Part shown: positions 1-8,866 of the stretch, piece after piece
Layout: the number at the start of each line of letters is the position of its first letter
Numbering within the stretch: the first letter of the stretch is position 1
Notes under the pieces: model-generated
Databases searched by the model: none
What the model was told of the DNA's origin: nothing
The model's input: only the letters and a program-made list of their open reading frames with translations
Origin: a virus
Taxonomy: Duplodnaviria; Caudoviricetes
DNA length: 36,391 nucleotides
Strand: one strand, 5' to 3'
IMG/VR virus record: IMGVR_UViG_3300037484_000989
Coordinates: 1-36,391 of that record
Position numbers and translations under genes: made by a program

Positions 1-2
1 AC

Positions 3-305
3 GCAAAAGAGAATAGAAATCAGGCTTTTGTATTTGTCAATCGATATGGAGAGCAACTTACCAAATCAGGTTTATGGAGAATATTTGATCGCTTAGGCCA
101 GTGGGCACATATAGAAGGTGTACGGTGTTCACCGCACACGATGAGGCACACTTTTGCTGTATTGTTCATGAAAAATGGAGGAGATATCTATATCTTGAGC
201 AAATTGATGCGTCATAGTTCTTTAAGTGTTACAGAGCAATACCTTAAAAGTTTGCAACAATCTGAGGCAAGGAAAGGGGCGAAGTCAGTTCTGGATAATT
301 TGTAG
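3..305 (+). CDS. Tyrosine recombinase/integrase, C-terminal part (5'-truncated by window edge)
   Basis: Not in ORF track. Frame 3 reads ...GVRCSPHTMRHTFAVLFMKNGGDIYILSKLMRHSSLSVTEQYLKSL..., containing HxxR, the box II His (LMRH rather than LGH) and the catalytic Tyr. Stop TAG 303-305. Confidence 0.92.
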   Translation, partial: AKENRNQAFVFVNRYGEQLTKSGLWRIFDRLGQWAHIEGVRCSPHTMRHTFAVLFMKNGGDIYILSKLMRHSSLSVTEQYLKSLQQSEARKGAKSVLDNL

Positions 306-324
306 TTTCTTGCTTGCAGACGGC

Positions 325-365
325 AAGAAACCCGCCATGCACCGACTAAATGCAGCGGGTTTCTT
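325..365. terminator. Bidirectional intrinsic terminator-like hairpin
   Basis: AAGAAACCCGC (325-335) pairs with GCGGGTTTCTT (355-365), just after the integrase stop. Confidence 0.7.
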
Positions 366-404
366 ATAAGTTTGCTTGCAGCTACAAAAGCAACTGCTAA
401 GACG

Positions 405-433
405 AGTATACCACCAGACATAAATATTGTCAA
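405..433 (-). promoter_or_regulatory. Consensus sigma70-type promoter pointing left
   Basis: Minus strand TTGACA-17 nt-TATACT with extended -10 TG. Confidence 0.7.
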
Positions 434-438
434 TCTCA

Positions 439-477
439 TAGCAACCTATTGACAAGTTGCTGTATATTTAAGATATG
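439..477 (+). promoter_or_regulatory. Putative late promoter/operator upstream of terS
   Basis: TTGACAAGTTGC at 449-460, the same 12-mer found at two other promoters. The -10 element is poor. Confidence 0.4.
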
Positions 478-546
478 GAAGATATGCAGCGTAAATCCTG
501 GGAAACGAAGTGACAGAGTAACTACCTTACATGTGAGAGTATAATT

Positions 547-978
547 ATGCAGCCATACGAAAGAAAAGAAGTAAAAAGAAAGTTCATAGAAGCTTTCAGA
601 AGAGAAGCGAATGTTCTCACTGCATGTCAAATTTCAGGTATTTCAAGGAAAACAGCATATCAATGGAAAAAAGATGATAGTAAATTTGCAGAAGAATGGG
701 ATAGCTCTGTAGAGGTTTCAAATGATGTTATTCGCAGGGCTATATTTCATAGAGCAGTAGATGGGTGGGAAGAGCCTCTTGTAAGTGCAGGAAAAATTAT
801 TCGCGATGAGCATGGCAATCCAATGGATATTCGTAAATATAGCGATCCTCTCTTGCAGTTTCTTGCAAAAAGCCGCATGAAAGAATTTAGAGAGAAGCAA
901 GAACTAGATGTAAGTGGTTCAATTAATATAAGGACGGTATGGGGCAATGATGCATTAGAGGGCAATGATGATAAATAA
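547..978 (+). CDS. terS: Terminase small subunit
   Basis: N-terminal HTH (ACQISGISRKTAYQW), YSDPLLQFL motif, overlaps terL. Confidence 0.85.
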   Translation: MQPYERKEVKRKFIEAFRREANVLTACQISGISRKTAYQWKKDDSKFAEEWDSSVEVSNDVIRRAIFHRAVDGWEEPLVSAGKIIRDEHGNPMDIRKYSDPLLQFLAKSRMKEFREKQELDVSGSINIRTVWGNDALEGNDDK

Positions 979-2215
979 TATAACTGTCCATTTGTATTCC
1001 CCTCATCCTGGTCAAGTGCCTGTACATAAGAGCAAAGCGCGTTTTCGTGTTGTCCCATGTGGGCGTCGTTTTGGGAAGACGTATCTTGGATGCAATGAGA
1101 TTATCAAATTTGCATGCGAACACAATAGTATATTAGGCGCATGGGTTTCCCCTACCTATAGACAATCTAAAATAGCGTATAGACTTATTAAAAACGCACT
1201 TTCCTCTCTCGCTTCACATAAATCAGACTCTGAATTGACGCTAGAACTCCCCAACGGTTCTCGTATGATGTTTTGCTCATCAGACAACTATGATGCATTA
1301 AGAGGCAACGGTATTCATTTCCTGGTTATCGATGAGTGTGCTGATGTGGATGAGAAGGCGTGGACTGAGGTATTGCGTCCATGCCTCTCAGACACACGAG
1401 GCATGGCTTTATTTCTTGGCACTCCGAAGGGCCGCAACTTCTTCTACATGTTGTATCACAGAGGGCTAGACGCTATGTATCCCGATTGGGAGAGCTTCAG
1501 AGCACCCTCCTCCTCTAATCCCTATATCCCCCCAGAGGAAATTGAGTCAGCGAGAAGAGAACTTCCAGAGGATGCATTTGCTCAGGAGTATCTTGCGGAA
1601 TTCCTTGAAGAGTCAGCAGGCGTATTCAGGCGAATTGACAGTATAGTTGAAGGTACGTTAGATCCTGATTATTCTCCTGAGTATATGCATGAATATGTTA
1701 TTGGTTGGGACCCCGCCAAGTATCAAGATTATAGCGTTATTACGCTTATGGACGCTACAACACGTAAAGTTGTATGGTTTGATCGATTTAATCAGATTGA
1801 TTATATGTATCAAGTAATGCAAGTAATAGCTATAGCCAAGAAGTTTAACGCTTTTGTGTTAATGGACTCCACTGGTGCAGGTGATGTGGTTTTTGAGTTG
1901 CTCAGAGAAAAATACCCGAATTGTGATGGGTACTTGTTTAATAATACATCAAAAAAGATATTAATTGAGACGTTGCAGCTTGGTATTCAAGATAAAGCTT
2001 TTACTATGCCAAATATACTAGTAGTTATCAATGAATTGAGGCAGTTTGAATATCATCTTAGTCCAAGTCGTAATATCATCTATAGCGCTCCTATTGGCTG
2101 TCACGATGATTGCGTGATTAGCCTTGCTCTTGTCTGGTTTGCAACTCAAATGCGTGAAATACAACCATTAGATGCTGATACGTCTAGTGCTTTGTCTCAG
2201 TATGTAGGATATTGA
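965..2215 (+). CDS. terL: Terminase large subunit
   Basis: Walker A GRRFGKT, Walker B LVIDE, motif III GTP, RNase H-like IGWDPA and HDDCV. Confidence 0.96.
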   Translation: MMINNITVHLYSPHPGQVPVHKSKARFRVVPCGRRFGKTYLGCNEIIKFACEHNSILGAWVSPTYRQSKIAYRLIKNALSSLASHKSDSELTLELPNGSRMMFCSSDNYDALRGNGIHFLVIDECADVDEKAWTEVLRPCLSDTRGMALFLGTPKGRNFFYMLYHRGLDAMYPDWESFRAPSSSNPYIPPEEIESARRELPEDAFAQEYLAEFLEESAGVFRRIDSIVEGTLDPDYSPEYMHEYVIGWDPAKYQDYSVITLMDATTRKVVWFDRFNQIDYMYQVMQVIAIAKKFNAFVLMDSTGAGDVVFELLREKYPNCDGYLFNNTSKKILIETLQLGIQDKAFTMPNILVVINELRQFEYHLSPSRNIIYSAPIGCHDDCVISLALVWFATQMREIQPLDADTSSALSQYVGY

Positions 2216-2216
2216 T

Positions 2217-3872
2217 ATGGGAGTAGGAAGCTTTATGTCACAAGTATGGTACGCGGGTCAAGCTGCATGGACAGCAGCAAGACGTGTTTTTGATGAGCCT
2301 GGCTCAACTCAATCACAATCATTCTACCAGCGCATGAGTGAGTACGACCTGCTGTGGTCGTACTACAATAGCTCAGCATTTGATAAAGCCGCACGCTTCC
2401 TCAATTCCTCGCATAGCGGGGCTTATGGACAGCTCTCATGGTCTGCATATAAATCCAACTACAATCTTTATCGCAACATCAGGCTCATCTATAATCCTAC
2501 TACCCGTCTTGTCAACTTTTATGCTGGCCAGATCTATCCAGGCGTGCTCAGTGAGGATGGTGACAACTTGCCTGACGGGGTGAGCTTGGCAATCCCATTT
2601 TCAAAGGACACACCGCCTGCTCTCAAGAGTGCCATTGCTCAGATATGGCAATGGAGTAACTGGCAACAAAAGAAAAGCGTCGAGGTGCGGTATGGGGCTG
2701 CACTGGGCTCTGTCCTGGTAGAGGTCCAAGATGAGCCAGATAGAGGCAAGGTCTGTCTTGAGATTGTTTGGCCAGGACATGTGTGCGCCTTAGATCTTGA
2801 CAGTGCAGGCAATGTGAAAGAATATGCATTAGAATATTATACATATAGCGAAGAGTATGGGCAACATAAATACAAGAAAGAAGTTGATCAGGATTATTTC
2901 AAGTATTTCAAGGATGACGAGCCATTTGATTATGGATATGGATCAGTGGTAGAAAACCCATATGGCTTTGTTCCTGCTGTATGGATTAAGCATTCAGATA
3001 TGGGAGGTGATCACGGCGCTCCTGTTATATCGGGCAGCATGGGCAAGATCGATGAATTAAATAATCTAGCCTCTCATGTGCATGACCAGATACATAAGGT
3101 AATAGGCGCTCCTCTTCTGATTGCATCTAGCTCTAAGATCAACAATTTATTCACAACCCAGAAGCGCAGTGCCACCTCTGATTTTGCGGAGCCTACGACT
3201 GACCAGGAAAGCGTGCTCATGCTGAGTGGGCCTGCTGATTCCACCGTACATCCACTTGCAGGAGATTTATCTCTTGCAGATGCGGCTGTGCACATGGACA
3301 GGCTTATAGGGGAAATAGAGCATGATCATCCTGAATTGACATTCTATCAGGAGTTGCGTACGATGAGTCAGGTTACTGGACCAGGCGCTAATCGTATGAT
3401 GGGAGATGTCGAGACAAAGATGATTGAGGCCCAGTCTTCCTATGATCAGGAGAATATTAAGTTATTTCAGATGGCAGTTGCAATTGCTGGTATGCGTGCA
3501 TCATCGGGCGCGTGGGGACAACTCTCCAATCAGCAGAAGAAATTCATTTCTTTTAACCTTGAAAGTTATCAGCGAGGTGATCTTGAGATATCCATCATGC
3601 CCAGGCCATTGCTCACCTCAACAAAGCTAGAGCGTGCTCAAGAGAACCTTGCGCTATGGCAGGGTGTCCAAGCTGCTAACACGGCTGGCGTACCTCTAGA
3701 GCTTGTCTTGAGAGAAGAGGGATGGACAGAGGAAGAGCTTGCAGAATTGAAGCAATTGCAAGATAAAGAGGCGCAAGCAGCACTTGACACAATGGATAAA
3801 CAACAGCAAATTATGGCGAAGAACCCGCCTGTGCAGGATAAGCAAGGGCTTATTGGGCAGAAGAAAGGATAG
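2217..3872 (+). CDS. Portal protein
   Basis: 551 aa directly after terL; NPYGFVP motif typical of SPP1 gp6-like portals; charged C-terminus. Confidence 0.85.
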   Translation: MGVGSFMSQVWYAGQAAWTAARRVFDEPGSTQSQSFYQRMSEYDLLWSYYNSSAFDKAARFLNSSHSGAYGQLSWSAYKSNYNLYRNIRLIYNPTTRLVNFYAGQIYPGVLSEDGDNLPDGVSLAIPFSKDTPPALKSAIAQIWQWSNWQQKKSVEVRYGAALGSVLVEVQDEPDRGKVCLEIVWPGHVCALDLDSAGNVKEYALEYYTYSEEYGQHKYKKEVDQDYFKYFKDDEPFDYGYGSVVENPYGFVPAVWIKHSDMGGDHGAPVISGSMGKIDELNNLASHVHDQIHKVIGAPLLIASSSKINNLFTTQKRSATSDFAEPTTDQESVLMLSGPADSTVHPLAGDLSLADAAVHMDRLIGEIEHDHPELTFYQELRTMSQVTGPGANRMMGDVETKMIEAQSSYDQENIKLFQMAVAIAGMRASSGAWGQLSNQQKKFISFNLESYQRGDLEISIMPRPLLTSTKLERAQENLALWQGVQAANTAGVPLELVLREEGWTEEELAELKQLQDKEAQAALDTMDKQQQIMAKNPPVQDKQGLIGQKKG

Positions 3873-3876
3873 ATAA

Positions 3877-4071
3877 ATGCATCCAAAAGTAGAAACTGAT
3901 GAGGACAGAGATAGGCACATTCAGCACATCAAAGATCATGCCGAAAGCTTTAAAACGATCGTAAGAATGAGATGCCTCTTGTTAAAAGAGCAAGAGGAAG
4001 CTTTACGGTTTGTAGATGATGTTGTTGCATGTGTCATTAAATCAATAGAAGATGTTCATGATTTGAGGTAA
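3877..4071 (+). CDS. Hypothetical protein
   Basis: RBS AAAGGA; tightly packed in the operon. Confidence 0.6.
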   Translation: MHPKVETDEDRDRHIQHIKDHAESFKTIVRMRCLLLKEQEEALRFVDDVVACVIKSIEDVHDLR

Positions 4072-4075
4072 GCAC

Positions 4076-4345
4076 ATGACAAAAGAAGAATTTATAGAGG
4101 AATTAGCGTATAAACACCGCGCCTCGTGGGCGTGTTGGATGCAATATTTGTTTTCCAGTTGCGAGCCTAATCCAGATGGCAGTCTCACTATTCCTTGTGG
4201 GTTAGCAGACCGCTGGCAACGGCAAATTGATACCTCGTATTCAGATCTTTCTGAGCGCGAAAAGCGAGCTGATAGGGATGAAGTAGCGCATATTCTGCCC
4301 ATTATTGAGGCGTATAAAACATTCCATTCGAAAGGCAAGATGTGA
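4076..4345 (+). CDS. Small RyR-domain-like protein
   Basis: LAYKHRASW...RW...SYSDLSEREKRADR resembles the RyR-repeat motif (Y..L.E.EK..DR). RBS GAGGT. Confidence 0.55.
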   Translation: MTKEEFIEELAYKHRASWACWMQYLFSSCEPNPDGSLTIPCGLADRWQRQIDTSYSDLSEREKRADRDEVAHILPIIEAYKTFHSKGKM

Positions 4346-4575
4346 GCAAACAGTTTGAACAAACCGTTGAGAATATATTTTCATGCATCAACTGCGATCC
4401 GCATGATAAAATTGTAATTAATGCATTTTTGGTTAGTTTTGCAGAGCATATTGTTGCAAATATTGCGTCTATTGATTTGTGCAGAAAATCCATTGAAGAG
4501 ATTGCGCAAGGTATTCCTGATATGCCCGCAATTAGTCAACCCTTGACAAAAGAAGAAAGGCGATGTACCATATGA
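4342..4575 (+). CDS. Hypothetical protein, paralogous to the C-terminal 60 aa of 26501..26842
   Basis: GTGA overlap with the previous gene; ungapped similarity to 26501..26842. Confidence 0.65.
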   Translation: MSKQFEQTVENIFSCINCDPHDKIVINAFLVSFAEHIVANIASIDLCRKSIEEIAQGIPDMPAISQPLTKEERRCTI

Positions 4576-5153
4576 CCATACCTCCAGTCGATCCATCTCA
4601 TGGAGATCCGATCGGCACATCACCGGCTCAAGGGGCCCCTATCACGTCACAAGGTGATATTCCCTCAATTGAGAATTTGCAACGGCAAATCTCTGAACTG
4701 CAAAGCAAAAATCATGAATTTCTTACAGACAATAAGAAATATCGAGATGAGCGCCGCAAGCAAGAAGAAATCAATAAAGCTGCTGAAGAAGCTAGACTCA
4801 AAGAGCAAGGCGAATTTAAGCAACTTGCAGAAAAACATCAAGCACGTGTTAATGAGCTAGAACCTGTGCAAGAACGATACACCGATCTATCAGCTCTCTT
4901 AGCAGAACAGATCAAAGCACAATCCAAAGACTGGCCCAAAGAGGTCAAAGACTTGCTTCCAAGCGACGACATACCTGTAGAAGTTCGATACGCACAAGTT
5001 CAGAAGTTGCAGTCTCTCGTGAATACCATGCAGCAAAAAGCAAATTTACCAGGCAACGGGCCTAACCCCAAACCATCCAATGGATCTGCAAAAGAAGCAG
5101 CGCAATCAGCATTTGACAAATTACGTGCCACTGGGCAATATAGCAGATTTTAA
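4572..5153 (+). CDS. Capsid scaffolding protein
   Basis: Charged coiled coil (EQGEFKQLAE), Pro-rich ends, between portal and capsid. Start 4572 (ATGA overlap) or 4563. Confidence 0.8.
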   Translation: MTIPPVDPSHGDPIGTSPAQGAPITSQGDIPSIENLQRQISELQSKNHEFLTDNKKYRDERRKQEEINKAAEEARLKEQGEFKQLAEKHQARVNELEPVQERYTDLSALLAEQIKAQSKDWPKEVKDLLPSDDIPVEVRYAQVQKLQSLVNTMQQKANLPGNGPNPKPSNGSAKEAAQSAFDKLRATGQYSRF

Positions 5154-5203
5154 ACCCTGGCACATCATCTTAAACCGCTCTTTACAAGCGGGGAAGGATT
5201 AAA

Positions 5204-5599
5204 ATGGCAGCAATAGCCAAATCAGGCACGCCTTCGATCACCACCGCCGCGCCTCCTACCAATTGCAGTCTATCAGGATTGTTTGCAGGAGAAGCAATAG
5301 CGGCTGGTGATGCGTGCTATATCAAGACATCAGACGGCAAGATCTGGAGATCAAATGGTACGGCGGCGGATGCAGCTGCGGTTGTGGATGGTTTTGCGCC
5401 GGAAGCTGCTGCTGCTGGTGATGCACTCAGTTTGTATTGGAATGTACGCTTTGCCTATGGTGCAGCGCTCTCACCTGGGTCTTTTGCCTATCTCGCTACA
5501 ACAGCAGGGGCCCTAGATACAGCAGCAACCACAGGCGGTACTGTTCCAATTGGTAGGGTCATCGACGCAACACGTATTGATTTGTTTAGAAGCTACTAA
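5204..5599 (+). CDS. Head decoration/cement protein
   Basis: Ala/Gly-rich 131 aa (AGEAIAAGDACYI) just upstream of the major capsid gene. Confidence 0.75.
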   Translation: MAAIAKSGTPSITTAAPPTNCSLSGLFAGEAIAAGDACYIKTSDGKIWRSNGTAADAAAVVDGFAPEAAAAGDALSLYWNVRFAYGAALSPGSFAYLATTAGALDTAATTGGTVPIGRVIDATRIDLFRSY

Positions 5600-5626
5600 G
5601 GCTCTTAACAGAAGAAAGGAGCCGAG

Positions 5627-6703
5627 ATGGCTTTCGGAACTTTACAAGTACTCGACACAATTGGATCTAGAAAAGCAGCGGCGTCTGACTACCTCAATAC
5701 CTACGATGAATCTGAGCTGTACATGCAGGTCCAAATGTTCTTGGACGCGCACAATAAGCTTGTCGATATGATCACCAGCGATCTCGTGGTCAAGACAACC
5801 GATCGTTTGACCACATGGGGAGGAAATGCAACTGTCGACATGATCGATGGTGACCAGTTCTCACGTCCTGACGTGCAGAAGATGCAAGTTAGTCCTACTA
5901 CGCTTGGCTTCCCCCTTTACCTCAAGCAGGTTGCATGGGGAGTAACACGGCTCTTCATGATGAATAAGACCGTCAAAGACCTTGACGAGATCCTTGTTGC
6001 TATCAGAGACGCCGACATTCGAGACATTGGCAAGGCTATCCGTGCAGCTTTGTTCAATCCCACCAATGCCTTAACCTATGTGGACAAGCGGACAGACGGC
6101 GCTACGCTTCCCCTCAGACGGCTCTTGAATGCAGACAGTGCAGTCATTCCTCCCGATCCTTATGGCAACGTGTTCACGGCCAGCACGCACACGCACTACC
6201 TTGGTACCGGATCATTCATAGCAGGCGACTTGACCACTGGGATTGACACCGTTCTTGAGCATTATCTCAGTGGGGAAATGCGCATCTATGCGGCCAAGAA
6301 CCTTGAAACAACTATTAGAGGGTTTTCTGGCTTCTATCCGTATTACGATGCCAGACTGAGGCTTGCAGCTGACACCACCGTTGCAGCATCAAAATCGCTT
6401 GATATGGAGAATAACCTGGATCGTTCAATAGGGATATTCGGGTCTGCTGAGATCTTCATACGTCCATGGGTCCCGTCGAACTACATATTCTTCTATAATG
6501 TGTCTGCACCTAAGCCTCTTAGGATGCGCATTAGGAACGATGCCAGCGCTTCTCTGCATATTGCAGCTGAAATGGAAACATTCCCATTGCGTGCGCAGTT
6601 CATTGAGCGTGAATACGGCATTAGTACTCTAGAGCGTTCAAACGGAGCGTGTCTTTTGACTACCAATGCCACATATAGCGCACCAAGTGCATGGAGTATG
6701 TAA
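5627..6703 (+). CDS. Major capsid protein
   Basis: 358 aa, strong RBS AAGGAG, position after scaffold and decoration genes. Confidence 0.8.
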   Translation: MAFGTLQVLDTIGSRKAAASDYLNTYDESELYMQVQMFLDAHNKLVDMITSDLVVKTTDRLTTWGGNATVDMIDGDQFSRPDVQKMQVSPTTLGFPLYLKQVAWGVTRLFMMNKTVKDLDEILVAIRDADIRDIGKAIRAALFNPTNALTYVDKRTDGATLPLRRLLNADSAVIPPDPYGNVFTASTHTHYLGTGSFIAGDLTTGIDTVLEHYLSGEMRIYAAKNLETTIRGFSGFYPYYDARLRLAADTTVAASKSLDMENNLDRSIGIFGSAEIFIRPWVPSNYIFFYNVSAPKPLRMRIRNDASASLHIAAEMETFPLRAQFIEREYGISTLERSNGACLLTTNATYSAPSAWSM

Positions 6704-6704
6704 C

Positions 6705-6881
6705 ATGGCAGAAAAGAAAGACACATTTATTATAGATGCAATGCCAATGCCGTTTGTCTCTCCTGTCCTCCCATCCCCCTTGCAAGGGGAAGAGAAGAAG
6801 CTTGACGAGTCCATTCCTGGCGGGCGTTACATGGTGAATGGCGTAATAGTTGATTGCAATGGCAAAGAGATCAAGGAATAG
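6705..6881 (+). CDS. Small hypothetical virion-module protein
   Basis: ATG 1 nt after capsid stop (MAEKKDTF...); abuts the next gene. Confidence 0.65.
   Translation: MAEKKDTFIIDAMPMPFVSPVLPSPLQGEEKKLDESIPGGRYMVNGVIVDCNGKEIKE
6776..6789. repeat. 14-bp palindrome CCCCTTGCAAGGGG, copy 1 (perfect)
   Basis: Read directly; encodes PLQG. Confidence 0.95.
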
Positions 6882-7319
6882 ATGAATAGAGCATCTGCCA
6901 CTTCATATTTAACTGAGAAATATAGGGAGTTAGCTGCTGAAGCTAAGTTTACGGCTCAGCAGATAACAGATGCCTATAATGGCGCATTAGATATGTCATT
7001 GCGCCAGTTGGGATATGAAGAGAGTGCGCTTGCAACGGCAGATGTTATTCAGTCTAATGTCCTTAAATACATTGCATGCCTGAATTACTACGCGTTAGAT
7101 CGTTTTGTAACGTTGTTTGCTTTACGGTTTGATGTAAAAGCTGGTAGTGGAGCTATTGATGCTCAAAGATCGCAAATATCAAATCATACAGTTGCACTTA
7201 GGAACCTTGCAGCGAAAGAATTGACGCAATACGGGATTGTAGTAGGAGGAGCCCAGTCGTTCCAAATGGGTCGTCTTACGCTTGATTTCCTTGAGCCTAG
7301 CACCGCGTGGGAGTTCTGA
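6882..7319 (+). CDS. Head-tail adaptor/connector protein
   Basis: Helical 145 aa, first neck position after the capsid gene. Confidence 0.65.
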   Translation: MNRASATSYLTEKYRELAAEAKFTAQQITDAYNGALDMSLRQLGYEESALATADVIQSNVLKYIACLNYYALDRFVTLFALRFDVKAGSGAIDAQRSQISNHTVALRNLAAKELTQYGIVVGGAQSFQMGRLTLDFLEPSTAWEF

Positions 7320-7687
7320 TGGCAATTCTTGATGATGTGGACATGCAGGATCTTGCAGATTTAGGCGCTGATCTGCTCTTAAAAGATACATGCAATATTC
7401 TTCGCAATGATCCAATTATTGACGCATTGGGAGGAAGTACAGATAATTGGGTGACAATTGCATCTGTACTATGCGCTTTGATTGATCTTGGGCAGAAGAT
7501 CCCTCAGCAGCTCGTGAACGCTCAACAGGACACCGGCATAGGCTATAAGCAGCTCTATACGCCCAAAGGAACTGATATCCGCGTAGATGACCAGATTATC
7601 ACGGGAGAGATCTCTTATAACGTCTTAGCTCCTTATGGAGAGACATCCTATCAAGTGTTCGCAAGCGCAGTTATCCTAGCAAGGTGA
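7319..7687 (+). CDS. Head closure/stopper protein
   Basis: Pattern D.CNILR...DALGG...W...GTDIRVDD.I. ATG 7319 overlaps the previous stop. Confidence 0.75.
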   Translation: MAILDDVDMQDLADLGADLLLKDTCNILRNDPIIDALGGSTDNWVTIASVLCALIDLGQKIPQQLVNAQQDTGIGYKQLYTPKGTDIRVDDQIITGEISYNVLAPYGETSYQVFASAVILAR

Positions 7688-7690
7688 AAC

Positions 7691-8029
7691 ATGGCAGATA
7701 TCACTGTAAAGATCAAAGGGCCAGACATTGCAGCGTTAATACAGAAGAGCATCGATAAGATCATTGCTCATTCAGAAGTTGCTCTGGATAGCGTAGCAGA
7801 GGCAACAAAGACAGATGCCAAAGCAGAATGCCCAGTAGATACAGGATTGCTCAGAAGCGACATTGAGGTATATAAAGTTCCTTTGCTGAGACAGATAGGC
7901 AACAATGTATTTTACGGTGTGTATGTACACAATGGTACATACAAGATGAAGGCACGTCCATACTTGTTCAATTCCTTTGAGAAGAATAGGCAAGGATTTA
8001 TCAGAGATATCCGTTCAATGAAGGTGTAA
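7691..8029 (+). CDS. HK97 gp10-like tail-component protein
   Basis: AKAECPVDTGLLRSDI...YGVYVHNGTYKMKARPYL signature. Confidence 0.9.
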   Translation: MADITVKIKGPDIAALIQKSIDKIIAHSEVALDSVAEATKTDAKAECPVDTGLLRSDIEVYKVPLLRQIGNNVFYGVYVHNGTYKMKARPYLFNSFEKNRQGFIRDIRSMKV

Positions 8030-8030
8030 A

Positions 8031-8465
8031 ATGGCAACATCTGAACTTGAGGTATGGACTGCAATATATTCTGTATTGAAGAATAATGCAGGATTGATTG
8101 CGCTATTGCCTTATTCAGATGGCAAAACAGCGGTATTTGATGATAACAATGTGCCTTTGGGGCTTAATCCTCCTTATTTGGTATTGGGAACATCAATATC
8201 AACGCCTGAGAATACATTTACAAAGAAGGGATTGCATGTAGTAGCAACCATTGATGGGTGGAGTGAATACAAGGGTAAAGAACAGGCGCTAAAGATGAGT
8301 GATGCTGTTTTTAGCGCATTAGATTACGCAAGTCTATCACTTGGCAGCAATTTTCGATGCATCTCATGCTTGTATGACTCTGGTCAATTAATACCGGATA
8401 ATTCTACAAGTATCAATAAATGGCATATGACCGATAGATACAGAATAGGAACGGAGGCAATCTAA
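8031..8465 (+). CDS. Tail terminator/completion protein (DUF3168-like)
   Basis: AIYSVL...VFD..VP...PPYLVLG...IDGWS.YKG pattern and position. Confidence 0.8.
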   Translation: MATSELEVWTAIYSVLKNNAGLIALLPYSDGKTAVFDDNNVPLGLNPPYLVLGTSISTPENTFTKKGLHVVATIDGWSEYKGKEQALKMSDAVFSALDYASLSLGSNFRCISCLYDSGQLIPDNSTSINKWHMTDRYRIGTEAI

Positions 8466-8857
8466 TGGCTGTACTTCATGGTAAAGCCGGAAATGTTAAG
8501 AATGGGGCTAATGCAGTTGCAGAGATAGATAACTGGACTCTGGATGTATCCCGCGATACGCACGAAACAACAAAGTTTGCAGCTGGCTCACTACCTTGGA
8601 AAACATTTGTTGCGGGTCTAACAGGTGCCTCTGCAAAGTTTAGCGGACGCCTCGACATGACTGATACTAACGGGCAGTTAGCGCTTTGGAATAGTCTAGT
8701 TACTGATACCGCGCTTACTATGTCGCTGTACCTTGACGCGACAAAGTATTTTGCAATATCTGCAATTGTGGAGAAGTTTAGCGGTAAGGTACCTATTGGG
8801 GATGTAGAGACAGTTGACTGGGAAGTGAAGATTACGGGCGCGGTCACCTACACCTAG
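8465..8857 (+). CDS. Tail tube (major tail) protein
   Basis: EIDNWTLDVSRDTHETT...WKTFVAGL...ITGAVT, typical tube-fold motifs. Confidence 0.85.
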   Translation: MAVLHGKAGNVKNGANAVAEIDNWTLDVSRDTHETTKFAAGSLPWKTFVAGLTGASAKFSGRLDMTDTNGQLALWNSLVTDTALTMSLYLDATKYFAISAIVEKFSGKVPIGDVETVDWEVKITGAVTYT

Positions 8858-8866
8858 GAGGCAAGT

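Noticed and set aside
212-630. Minus-strand ORFs 212..439 and 436..630
   Set aside because: They overlap the integrase and terS on the opposite strand, lack an RBS or motifs, and 212..439 starts upstream of the leftward promoter.
5174-5190. CCGCT/AGCGG hairpin before the decoration gene as a terminator
   Set aside because: Only a 5-bp stem with no U-tract.
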